Source of the DNA: Octopus vulgaris
Lineage: Eukaryota
Length of the DNA stretch: 64,000 nt
Assembly: GCA_951406725.2 (NCBI GenBank)
Contig: OX597830.1
Location: forward strand, 1,922,001-1,986,000
Direction of reading: 5' to 3'
Shown here: positions 25,499 to 38,255 of the stretch, one piece after another
Layout of the letters: every line of letters begins with the position of its first letter
How positions within the stretch are numbered: position 1 is the stretch's first letter
Position numbers and translations under genes: made by a program
Notes under the pieces: generated by a model
What the model was told of the DNA's origin: nothing
The model's database searches: none
The model's input: only the letters and a program-made list of their open reading frames with translations

Positions 25499-28400
25499 AT
25501 GCAAAACAATGTGACAACAGAAATGAACGGACCGGTACCCTACGAAAATGATGACCGTCAAAATAATGGGCCGGACGTTGTTCCTCATGTCCCGCAAAAA
25601 AACCCCAAAAGGCATAGATGGACACGTGAGGAATACATTTCTATCCTACACGCTTACTTTACAGCAGTGTTCTACCCAAAGAACGAAAATACAACAACAT
25701 TTACATATAAAATATGGAAGAAAAATAACATAAATAAAGACTTGGATACAGCAGTGAACACTAATAAACTAGCTAACGTACGAAGATATATTCTCAACGC
25801 AAAAAAATATCAAATATCAGAAATAGAAATAGAACATTTAAAAGAAAAAATACATCAGGAAAATGTAGATAGAAGCCACGCAACAATGCCAAATAATATG
25901 AACACTGAGATAATAAAACACGAAGACAAACGTAACATTTCAAACAAAAACGATGTAAACAAAAAAGAACAAACCCAGACCGTAAGGATGCATAATTATG
26001 CACGGCAAGCAGCAAGCCAAAACACTACAGACAAACATAAGGATGAGAAAGAAAGCGACACAAATCTAAAACCTGGAAACAACAAAGGGGAGCCTAATGA
26101 TTATGATACTATAAAAAGTAGAATAATTAAAGAACTGAAAAACACAGATCTCAAAATGGACCACCGACCATACCTCCCAAAAATCAAAATAGACAAAACA
26201 ACAACATCAATTATAAACAGCATAAAACTAGCCGTCACGGAACTAATAGCCACTGAAACAAAAAGCGATATCACTGAGCTAAATGACTTTGTATATGCAG
26301 CAGTCACTGCAGCCACAAAAGAAGCTGGGTACTCCCTCAAACACATCCAAACAGGAGTACCACCACCCAAGCAAACCCTGTGGATAAATAACATCAAAAA
26401 ACATATACAAAAAATGAGAAAAGATCTGTCGATTCTTAACGAAATCAGTAGACAATCAACGCTACTGAGCAACAAAAAGAAAACAAAAATACTCCGCAAA
26501 TATACCATCACAGAAAAAGATTTACCTGAGATAAAAGAAAAGCTAAAGCAAGATATCCTTGCCAAAGCACAAAGGATCCGCCGGTATGAGAAACGCCAAC
26601 GTTTCTTTGAACAAAACAAAAAGTTCAACTCCAGCCCCCAAAAGTTCTACCAAGAACTTGCCAAAAATAAAATAGACATCACTGCAGCACCAACGGCAGA
26701 AAAAGTGGAAGAATTCTGGAAAGGCATATGGTCGGCGAATGAACAACCAAAAAAAAAGGAGTATTAAAACAACAAACTCAGAATCTGAGCAACTTTGAAC
26801 CCCCATAACAACTGAAGAGGTCACCCAGGCACTGCAAAGACTAAGCAACTGCAAGGCACCTGGGCATGACAAGATCCCCAACTTCTGGTTGCAATATCTA
26901 CCAGGAATACACAAAAAGCTGGCTGAAAACTTTAACAACATACTGGCAGAGCCAGAGACAATGCCTGAATGGCTCACGAAGGGGAAATCCATCTTAATTC
27001 CCAAATGCAATGAGACAGCAAAACCAGAAAACTACAATATACAAAGCATTTGCTGCAGTAATATCACAAAGATTAAGCAAGCACCTGGACGAAAACAACC
27101 TGTTTCCAGAAGAGCAGAAAGGATGCCGCAAAGGCTCATATGGCTGTAAAGATCAACTAATGATCAATAAAGCCATAACTGAAGGCAGCCACAGAAAGAA
27201 GAAAGGCCTCAGTATGGCCTGGATTGACTACAAAAAGGCGTTTGATAGCATCCCCCACATATGGATCCTCAAACACTAGCCATGAACAAAGTTGCACCAA
27301 CAATTATAAAATACATAGGACACTATGAATAAATGGCAAACAGTACTACACCTCCAAACAAAAGAGGGACTCATGAAAACCAAAGCCATCCCCATTAGAA
27401 AAGGAATATTCCAGGGAGACACGCTCTCTCCACTCCTTTTCTGCTTGACACTGTCACCTCTATCTGATATGCTAAATAGAACTGGATGTGGATATAAATG
27501 TTACGGCAAAACTATCAGCCACCATTTATATATGGATGACCTAAAACTATACGCTACAAATGACAAACACCTGGAAACACTACTAAAAACAGTTCATGGA
27601 TTTACCAAAGAAATAGATATGAAATTTGGATTAGAAAAATGCGCCAAAGTAACCATGAAAAGAGGAAAACTAGTTAAGAGTAGCAACATCACACTAGATA
27701 AAACCAATGAAATAAAAAAAATTAGACCAAAGCCAAACTTACAAATACTTAGGAATCCATGAACTAGATAAGACACAAATGAAAGAGAAAATAAAAAAAG
27801 AATATTATAGACGAGTTAGATCAATACTAAAAATAGAGCTCAATGCTAAAGACAAGATAATAGGTATTAACACTTTAGCCGTCCCAGTTATAAGTTACAG
27901 CTACAATATCCTTAACTGGACACTAAATGAACTGACCAAAATAGATAGGAAAACAAGAAAAATAATGACAGGATATAGGATGCATCACCCAAAATCTGAC
28001 ATAGAAAGGCTATATATACAACGTATAGAAGGTGGTAGAGGCCTTATACAGCTGGAAAACTACTATAAAATAACCACCATAGGACTGCAAAAATATCTAC
28101 TTCAGAAGGGAGGAAAACTGATACAAATATCGGCAAAACACGAGCAAAACAAAAAACTGTTCTCAGTATTTAAGGAAGCTACAAATATAAACAAGAAATC
28201 ATACCACCTAATAAATATGAAGAAGAAGAAGAAGAAGAAGAAGAAGAAGAAGAAGAAGAAGAAGAAGAAGAAGAAGAAGAAGACGAAGAAGAAGAAGATG
28301 ATGCTGAAAAAACAACAAAAGCTATAAAACAAATGAAATCCAAACTAAAACTAGAACAGCAACGAACCAAGATAAAACGATGGCAAGAAAAGCCCCTTCA

Positions 28401-29147
28401 TGGTAAATACTGGACTAAACTAAATGCAAAAGAAATAGAGAAAGAAAAATCCCAGCAATGGTTGAGAAGCTCAGGACTCAAAGCAGAAACAGAGGGATTT
28501 TTAATTGCAGCACAAGACCAAAGCCTCCCCACCAGAAATTACCAAAATCATGTAATGAAAAGAAATATAACAAGTAACTGCAGAATATGTGGAGATGGAC
28601 AAGAAACAATAAATCATATTATCTCTGGCTGCCCAGTACTGGCTAAGAAGGAATATATTCACAGACACGACAGAGTTAGGACCTACATACACTGGAAGCT
28701 ATGCCAACATTATGGAATAACAACAGAAAAAAGATGGTATAGGCACACACCACAAAAGGTCACAGAAAACGAGAAAGCAACCATACTCTGGGATATGCCG
28801 ATACACACAGATAGAGAAATTAAGGCCAACAGACCAGATATAGTTGTTAGAGATCATGAAGAAGAAAAATGCTTTCTAATTGATGTATCAATACCAGCAT
28901 ATGACAACGTGTCTCTAAAAGAAATGGAGAAACTTTCAAAATACAAAGACCTGAAAATAGAGGTAACCAGAATGTAGAATCTAAAAACAGAAACAATTCC
29001 TATCATAGTAGGTGCATTAGGCATGATAAAAAATATTCAGACAAATACATAACAAAAACACCAGGACTTACAAACACATATAGCATACAGAAAGTTGCAC
29101 TACTAGGCAATGCACAAATCCTACGCAGAACACTTTCCATACAATAA
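25499..29147 (+). pseudogene. Dong/R4 ORF pseudogene (RT + CCHC + PD-D/ExK endonuclease)
   Basis: KAPGHDKIPNFW, EQKGCRKGSYGCKDQL, WIDYKKAFDSIPH, GIFQGDTLSPLLF, LYMDDLKL, CRICGDGQETINHIISGC, RHDRV, RPDIV..LIDVSIP..K..KYKDL. Several frameshifts and stops. Confidence 0.92.
28219..28298. repeat. (GAA)n microsatellite inside the LINE ORF
   Basis: Directly visible. Confidence 0.95.
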
Positions 29148-29244
29148 CCATCAGAGCATCACAACAAATCACAGCACATACCCAAGGCACACAGAGCTGC
29201 GCTCGGTAGTGAAGTGAAAGCACGCTATAAAAAGAAAACTACTG

Positions 29245-29930
<686 letters not shown>

Positions 29931-29994
29931 TAATAATAATAATAATAATAATAACAAAACGAAGAAGAAGAAGAAGAAGAAGAAGAAGAAGAAG

Positions 29995-30365
29995 AATGAG
30001 CAAAAGTCTCCGTTGTGCTGCTTCTGCAGTAGAGTGGGTGAAATCATTGTCCATATCACGAACAAATGCCCTTGACTTTCCCAAAACCACAAGTTCTGGC
30101 GCCACGATCAGGTAGCGGAAGTGCTACATTGGAGACGGTGTGAAGAGTGAGGGCTAGATATAGGCAAGATGTTGTAAGAGCACAAAGCGCAGAGAGTGGC
30201 GGAGTCGGTGACTTGCGAAATCCTCTGCGATTTCCCAATCCAATTAGATCGAGTGCTAGAGCATAACAGACCGGACCTAATGGTTGTGGACAAGGTGCAC
30301 CACATATGCAGTATAGTTGATGTTGCATGTCCCTTTTACCCACGAATATTCAAGAAGGAAGGCGA

Positions 30366-30404
<39 letters not shown>

Positions 30405-31045
30405 CAACTCTTTTAGGTACGGACTTCTGGAAAAAAATGGAGCCCTGCCACATGAGCAGAAGGGTTGCAAGCGTAAATGCAGAGGTACCAAGGATCAACT
30501 CCTGGTAGAAAAAGAAACTGTACTTGAAGACTGCAAGAGAAGGAAAACTAACTTAGCCATGTCATGGATCGATTATTGTAAGGCATATGATATGATCCCA
30601 CACTCTTGAGTTATGGAATGTCTGAACCTATTTGGTATTGCAACGAATGTTGAGCGACTGCTTGGAAAAAATAAGATGAAGTGGAGGACGGAAGTGACAG
30701 CATATGGAAGACGTTTAGGGACAATAGAAACCAGGAGAGGCATCTTCCAAGTTGATGTTGCATGCCCCTTTGAACCTCAAATAGTCAAGATAGTGCCAAT
30801 TATTATTGGGTCCTTGAGAACAATATCAGAAGGCATCAAGAAGAATATAAAGGAAATTGGAATACAGTGCCCAGTAGAACTGTTACAAAACGTTTGCCTC
30901 CTTGGCACGGCCAGAATAATTAGGAAAGTATTACATAGCGGAAAAGAACGGATAGCATGATACCGTAGGCTTCTTGTAGTAAGCCCGCTACGTATGCAAG
31001 ACGCCAAGCGCGCCAACAAAACCTGAGATAAGGAGAAAATTATAA
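29995..31045 (+). mobile_element. Rearranged fragments of a second Dong/R4 family
   Basis: CCHC and RPDLMVVDK..IVDVACPF (29995-30420), then RT ([33 protein letters not shown]) fused directly to the endonuclease C-terminus (VPIIIGSL..LLGTARIIRKVL), 3' UTR and (AAT)n. Confidence 0.85.
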
Positions 31046-31295
31046 TAATAATAATTTATTGGGATGAGGATTTGTATATAATATATATCAATACCTAAAA
31101 GTTATATTCACGACTTCAAACTAGTTTTATAAAATATTTTCTCTTTTATGTTTTGCAATATCATTGTATTCCATCTTCTGTTCATTGTTTTGTCAAAGAA
31201 ATGTCAAAAACAAAGATTCCTATGAAGAACCACCTTTTTCTCTGAATATTGATTTCTGCATAACTCTTCTCTATCATAAGCTTATGTATGTATGT

Positions 31296-31377
<82 letters not shown>

Positions 31378-31705
31378 ATATATATATATGTATATATCTC
31401 CATATATATATATGTATATGTATGTATATATATATGTATATATATATGTATATATATGTATATATATGTATATGTATATATATGTATATATATATATGCA
31501 TATGTATATATATGTATATGTATGTATATATATATATATATATATAAGCATAAATATGTGTATATATATGTATATTTATGTTATGTATATATATATGTAT
31601 ATGTATGTATATGTATATATATGTATGTATATGTATATATATCTATATATATATGTATATATGTAAATATATGTATATATATGTGTATATATATGTATAT
31701 ATATG

Positions 31706-31800
<95 letters not shown>
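31296..31800. repeat. Compound (CA)n/(TA)n/(TATG)n microsatellite
   Basis: Directly visible. Confidence 0.95.
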
Positions 31801-31804
<4 letters not shown>

Positions 31805-32627
31805 GAATGGAGTTGAACGACCAATTAACAAAATTCGTTTATTTTCGACATATGCTTCGAAGGCTGCATATTCCTAATTGCGAAGGAATGCATGCACTGG
31901 CAAAAACACACCTTTCAATCATATGAATAATGATTAATATAGATAGCCCCTTGAATTTTAATTAATATAACTCTTTTTTTATATATTTCACCCCCATAGT
32001 CAAAAAATTATTTTTATACTTTCAAAGAACTACTACTCAATCCAGTTACCTTTGTTCCTATACCTCTCCCTCCTCTTTCTCTCTCTCTCTTTCACTCTAT
32101 CTATAGTAAGCACATTTAAACACACAGACACAAACCGTTCACCTCACCACTGTCTGTTTCCTGACATCCACCCATCCACAAACACAATCACGCACACACA
32201 TACACACACACACACATTAATGCCGTTATATACAGTCACACACACAGACACTCATTCACAAAAGAAAATTCACCATTCATTTGAACTGCACCCTTTCACC
32301 TTCCTATTCTTATGCCTCTCTTCTCCTACTTCGTTTGAACCCTTGAACCTTTAGAACCTTCTAGATTCTTCTTCATCCAACCATTTTGACGTCACTCCTT
32401 ATAAAGGAATTTTTTAAAGAGACACTCATTATCGCTATGGGCTCCGTGTGAGCAGTCATCTAAAAGTTTTTTGTGCGTCTTGATGTTGACATAAGTTCCT
32501 TGCTTTTCCTGGTGAGAAAGCGGCATAATATACTCCTTATTCCTTCGCAATTAGGAATATGCAGCCTTCGAAACATATGTCGAAAATAAAGGAATTTTGT
32601 TAATTCGTCGTTCAACTCCATTCTTTC
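31801..32627 (+). mobile_element. Non-coding PLE-like insertion with ~89-bp inverted ends
   Basis: 31801-31889 is the reverse complement of 32539-32627 (few mismatches). A hammerhead overlaps the right arm and the interior is pyrimidine-rich. Confidence 0.7.
32504..32586 (+). ncRNA. Type-I hammerhead ribozyme, one core substitution
   Basis: ttttc CTGGTGA gaaagcggcata...tatgcagccttc GAAA catatg TC gaaaa. Palindromic stem III ACAUAUGU, GUC site. Confidence 0.7.
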
Positions 32628-32767
32628 ATATATTTATAATTTAAAAAAAAAACATACAAATTTCCACACGAAAGCACGTAACTTCAAACGTGTCTTCTCT
32701 GATGTGAATTTGCTACCCAGGTATCGGTTAACCGAATTATCCATAACAAGATAATTCATTCAACTAC

Positions 32768-32817
<50 letters not shown>

Positions 32818-34727
32818 GTATATATATGCAAACACGCATATACATGTGTGTGTGTGTATGTGTTATGAACATACTAAAACTTGCGAAAATTGAGCCACTC
32901 TGTTGTTACTGCTCGTTGACTCCGCTTGTTTTCGTATTTCCTTTCGGAGCTTTGTTGTGGGATGACTGAGTCGGTTCATCCTTCTTCATTGGTTCATTTG
33001 TTTGCATTGAAAACTGGAAACGAAGTGTCTTTTGTACGATAAAGAGGTTGTGAGAAAATCAAGTTCTAGAAATGACTTTTAACTTCAATAAAACATTGGA
33101 ATGCAGGAAAACCGAACAAGTGTTTCTTCGTAAAAATGTAATATCTAAATTCCACTTTACAACTGAAAATTGCTTTAATCTTCCAATGTTCTCTGACTGC
33201 CAAAGAAATGCATTGATTTGAAAGTTGAATTAAAATGCTCTCAGTCAACCTGAGATTGAGCAAATTTCACAAAGTATGAAGTGATGTCATGTATTGTTGA
33301 ACAAAGAAATAATATGCCCTATCTTTCATCATACAATGTTAGTTATTGTTATTGATGTGGTCACCATCACCACGACCAAACAGCAATTGTTGTTGCTACT
33401 GATGCTGGCTTCGCTGTTGAAATTTAGTTGTGGCTAATTCTAATGAAGTCGAGCCCATTACACACAGATAACCAATTAAATTAAGTTACGCATTTTTCTA
33501 AGAACAACCATAAAATTGGTTAAAAATCAATCTTCAAAAATTGTATTTGTCAGCCATGCTTTTTGGTGAGATACCAAAATATTAGCAGCGCTTGCTGGTT
33601 ATAGCCCTTAAGGGTGCAGGATTTCTATACAAAGTGCCTATTCTTGAGTTCAAAATTTGCAATCAATTCCACATTTTCCATTCTTCCTTTTGAGTGTTAA
33701 AACATCTTTTAACACTTTAATCTACATGTTGCGATCGTTTCTTCTGCGACAAAAATGATTTTTATGGCTTTCTTTGCCAGAATTGGCCAGTTTTAATGGC
33801 ACGCAATATTGTTCTACCATTAGAATGATACCAATTTTCTTTACCAAAATATCAGGAATGTTTTCCTTTTTAATTTTCGTCAGCTCTTTCAGATTTTATA
33901 CAAAGATTGAGATATTTTATTTGAGTTTTGAGTAAGTAAAACTAGCTAAAACTATCAGTCAAGTTTTTTTCCCGATCTCGTAAGGAAGGTCATACCTGGA
34001 ACGTCTTTTATCATAGGTCTGTTAGATCAGGGCTGATACTAACGGAGACGTAAGTGGCTGCGTAATCAAGCATCAGCTTAGTTCTGCAGTTTAAGGCCTT
34101 AATTTGTAACTACGCGGTTTCACGTTCTATTGTGTAGTACAGCACATCGGGAAAGTGATTCCAGTAATAACTTTGGGTTAACAAATGTTTTGTGAGTGGA
34201 ATTTGGTAGAGGGGAAACGGTACAGAAGCCTGTTCGATCAAATAAACTACCCATTCATTGAATTAGTCACTGAATATTTTGCTGGAAGATTAACTGATGT
34301 TGTGTGTGTTTGTGGAATACTGAGCCATTAATTAAATGAACAGAGAGCTTATGTGCTCGAACGACAGAATATCGAGTGTCGAAGCCTGAAGAGATCAGAG
34401 AGAGAGAGAGAGTGGGGGGGGGAGAGATCAGAGAGAGAGAGAGAGAGGGAGAGGGGGGAGAGAGAGAGAGATGAGAGAGAGAAAGATGAGAGAGAGAGGG
34501 AGAGAGAGAGACAGTAGAATGGATGCATGTGAGTGTGTATTTGTTATTTTTGTACTTCAGCAACTTATGTCGCCATCGGGATATATTGTAATAAACCCCT
34601 AACCAACAGCATTGCGGTTCCCATTGCCGTTACAAAACAAAAATACCTCATTCTGTAAACTTAATGCTTTCTAGTTACAGCTACTTGGTCAACTGGGCTT
34701 ACGAGAGACAATTAAACTATATTCAAA

Positions 34728-34802
<75 letters not shown>

Positions 34803-34949
34803 ATAACAACACTCTCTCCCTCTCACCCTTGCCCTCTCTCTCTCCCCACCTCTCTCTCTCTCTCTAACTCTGCTACGTTGCTCTGAGGGATTTGTCGAAG
34901 GAGGACCACTTACAAGCTCTGTTTCTCTGCAAATGGAGAAGGTTTGAAT

Positions 34950-35246
34950 GAATGGCTGTATGGTAAGAAGCTTGCTTCCCAATCACATGGGTCCAAGTTC
35001 AATCCCATTGCGTGATACCTTGGGCAAGTGTCTTCTACTATAGCCTCAGGCCGGCCAAAGCTTTGTGAGTGGATTTTGTAGAGGGAAACTGAAAGAAGAC
35101 CGTCATGTGTATATATATATATATATACATTTATATATGTATGTGTGTGTGTATGTGTATATGTATTTATGTATTTGTGCGTCTGTGTTTGTCCCTCTAT
35201 CCTCGGGTCAATTTGTTCGACTAAAGGCGATGCTCCAGCATGGCCG
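34950..35246 (+). mobile_element. SINE family 1, older internally deleted copy
   Basis: tggctgtatggtaagaag...agttcaatccc...ctccagcatggcc. Confidence 0.8.
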
Positions 35247-35268
35247 TTGACCAAGATATCGTTTTTTA

Positions 35269-35673
35269 GGCGCAGGAGTAGCTGTGTGGTAAGTAGCTTG
35301 CTTACCAACCACATGTTTCCGGGTTCATTCCAACTGCGTGACACGTTGGGCAAGTGTCTTTTACTATAGCCCCAGGCCAACCAAAGCCTTCTGAGTGGAT
35401 TTGGTAGACGGAAACTGAAAGAAGCCCGTCGTATATATATATGTGCGTGAGTATGTTTGTGTGTCTGTGTTTGTCCCCCCACCATTGCTTGACAACCGGT
35501 GTTGGTGTGTTCACGTCCTCGAAACTTAGCGGTTCGGCAAAAGTGACCGAAAGAATAAGTACTAGGCTTACAAAGAATAAGTACTGCGGCGATTTGTTCG
35601 ACTAAAGGCGATGCTCCAGCATGGCCACAGTCAAATGACTGAAACAAATAAAAGAATGTAAAGAATAAAGAAT
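35269..35673 (+). mobile_element. SINE family 1, full length
   Basis: GGCGCAGGAGTAGCTGTGTGG head through gtcaaatgactgaaacaa tail. Confidence 0.9.
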
Positions 35674-36397
35674 TAACACGAAATACTTGTTTTCGGTGTA
35701 AAAACTACCGCAAATTATTGTGACACACACACACACACAAGTGTGTGCACGTGCGCACCCGTGTCTATTTGTACCCATGTTTGTGTAGGTGGGTGTACGT
35801 GCGGGTGCGTGTGTATACATATGTAAGTATACTTCGATACAAGTACATGAATACGAAGAGACACAAACGTTGGCAAAATTATTTCAGGCAATTAGTATGT
35901 GATTTAAAAGAAATTTGTATTGTGTTATTCACGGACACAAACACTGCACATCCAGCCGAGCATGCTACCATCATTTGTTTCGCTTTCCACACATCCAATG
36001 TTCATGTTTCAATTCTATGCAGCAAAACAATTCAAATACAAATGTAATGCGATCTGCATTTCGCATTAGAGAGAAAATCCTTTTTTTTTTTTCATCAAAA
36101 AATATTTCGCTCAAATTTACCCAACCTGCTCTTACAGTAATATGCATTTGCAACACCCAATACCTGCTTCTAAAAAAGCCTTCGACCTTTCGAAGTTATT
36201 TATTTCATGTCCGTTCTTAATGGTAATTAGTGCGGGGAATCTGTGCTAAAACGGTGTAATTTTTGTTAGCCTTCACGTGATTCTACTGTACTTCTTGTGC
36301 AATTATGGTAAACAATAGCTATAACATATGGAATATAGTCTCAGATTTTCCAAAACCTTGTGTGTAGATCTGGTAGACGGAAATCATTCAATTAAAG

Positions 36398-36672
36398 TAC
36401 AAATATATGGGAAATTACCACCTGTATCATCTCTTGTTTGCTGGACATTGTTGTAGAGCTGAAAACGAGGTAATTTCTACTCTTCTCTTCTGGAAGCCAT
36501 CTGCTCGCGATACCAGAGGACGCAGAATCTCCTACCCTGATGTAATCTCCAGGGATACAGACATCCAGCAACAGGACCTCCATAATGCTATCCGTAATGC
36601 TATGATGGACCGTGAAGTCTGGTGTAACATGGTAAATTCCATTGTCTCGACCACGGTCAAACAATGATGAGA
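36398..36672 (+). mobile_element. RTE-X-like LINE 3' end
   Basis: IYGKLPPVS..FAGHCCRAENEVISTLLFWKPS..RGRRISYPDVISRDT..AMMDREVW; short (TGA)n tail. Confidence 0.75.
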
Positions 36673-36761
36673 GACGGAAATTGAAAAAAGCACACCACAA
36701 GTATATACAAACATACAAGCATAACTACATATATGTGTTTGTGTTTGCATGTATGTATATA

Positions 36762-36821
<60 letters not shown>

Positions 36822-37006
36822 AAGAAGTAAATATATGGCACAACGAAGTACCGATATTTACTGGAAATAGCGAACGTAATAATACGACGCTAATGTATAG
36901 CTTCACCGCGTATGTACTAGCAAAAATGCGTGAGTGCAACAAACTAGAAAAAATTGTCTCACCTCCAGGGAGAACATCTGAAAGATGAAACACCTAGAAA
37001 AGGATA

Positions 37007-37086
37007 ATGTGGGACCGGCGCCGGTTTCAGATTTTTCAAGATATGTCTGCACCCATAAAATTGATCTATCTTCATCAGCCAAACAT
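37007..37086 (-). ncRNA. Type-I hammerhead ribozyme, intact, extended stem II
   Basis: atg-tt-tgg CTGATGA agat..tcaa..tatg-loop-cata..ttga..atct GAAA ccggcgccgg TC cca-cat. 12-nt palindromic stem III, GUC site. Confidence 0.88.
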
Positions 37087-37123
37087 ATACCACGACAACA
37101 TTTCAGATGTTACCACATTAATG

Positions 37124-37195
37124 CCGACGAAGATAGATCAATTTTATGGGTGCAGACATATCTTGAAAAATCTGAAACCGGCGCCGGTCCCACAT
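37124..37195 (+). ncRNA. 5'-truncated mirror copy of the hammerhead
   Basis: CCGACGA agat...atct GAAA ccggcgccgg TC ccacat; lacks the upstream stem-I strand. Confidence 0.6.
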
Positions 37196-37381
37196 TATCC
37201 TTTTCTAGGTATTTCATCTTTCAGATGTTCTCCCTGGAGGTAAGACAATTTTTTCTAGTTTGTTGCACTCACGCATTTTTGCTAGTACATACGCGGTGAA
37301 GCTATACATTAGCGTCGTATTATTACGTTCGCTATTTCCAGTAAATATCGGTACTTCGTTGTGCCATATATTTACTTCTTT

Positions 37382-37786
37382 TCTTTTACTTGTTTCAGTC
37401 ATTTTGACTGCGGCCATGCTGGAGCACCGCCTTTAGTCGAGCAACTCGACCCCGGGACTTATTCTTTGTAAGCCCAGTACTTAATCTATCGGTCTCTTTT
37501 GCCGAACCGCTAAGTTACGGGGACGTAAACACACCAGCATCGGTTGTCAAGCAATGCTAGGGGGACAAACACAGCAGACACACAAACACACACATACATA
37601 CATATATATATATACATATATACGACAGGCTTCTTTCAGTTTCCGTCTACCAAATCCACTCACAAGGCATTGGTCGGCCCGGGGCTATAGTAGAAGACAC
37701 TTGCCCAAGATGCCACGCAGTGGGACTGAACCCGGGACCATGTGGTTGGTTAGCAAGCTACTTACCACACAGCCACTCCTACGCCT
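37382..37786 (-). mobile_element. SINE family 1 with 16-bp TSD
   Basis: TSD ATATATTTACTTCTTT at 37366-37381 and 37787-37802. Confidence 0.93.
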
Positions 37787-38196
37787 ATATATTTACTTCT
37801 TTGTATATTTTTCCCTCACGGGCTATTCTTTACTGGAAAGCAATACTCTAGTATTGCATTACTAATTTATTGAAACTTCTTCACCGTTCTCGTGCTGTTA
37901 GCGTTTCGGCGTTTCAGTCGAGTGTATTGGCATTAATGTGGTAACATCTGAAATGTTGTCGTGGTATATAAATGTTGGTATTAATTGTTGGTATTGTTGT
38001 CGTGGTATATGTTTGGCGGATATATATATATATATATATATAAGTAAATGTAGGGATAACCAAGTTAGACAGATCAATATATAAAGTATATTTAACACAT
38101 GAAATACAAAACCTGTATATATATTTACATACAAAAGGTTCCGCTTTACGCAGAATACAAATGATAGTGAGAATTAAAGGAGTCGGAGTATAACAA

Positions 38197-38255
38197 ATCC
38201 AACAACTGTTTCTGGGGTCCAAAATAATGTTTATTGATCGATTCCATCGTAGGAT
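38197..38255 (-). ncRNA. Degenerate hammerhead at the end of a decayed PLE-like segment (~38040-38845)
   Basis: Minus strand: atcc-TACGA tggaatc...gacccca GAAA cagttg TT ggat. Core has lost bases; stem I atcc/ggat. Confidence 0.4.

Larger units (their letters stand above)
25096..29244 (+). mobile_element. Dong/R4-clade non-LTR retrotransposon (restriction-like endonuclease type), near full length
   Basis: Single-ORF layout RT, CCHC finger, RLE; flanked on both sides by (AAT)n, the known Dong target. Confidence 0.9.
36817..38020 (+). mobile_element. Hammerhead-bearing non-coding foldback retroelement (retrozyme/PLE-like), interrupted by a SINE
   Basis: ~255-bp near-perfect inverted repeat (36821-37078 vs 37124-37381). 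The loop 37079-37125 is the reverse complement of the element's own 3' end (37929-38017). (TA)n on both flanks. Confidence 0.85.

Noticed and set aside
34910-35647. 245-aa minus-strand ORF
   Set aside because: Antisense read-through of two tandem SINE copies.
36749-37417. Two near-identical ORFs on opposite strands (KEVNIWHNEVP..)
   Set aside because: A consequence of the palindrome; no recognisable protein motif.
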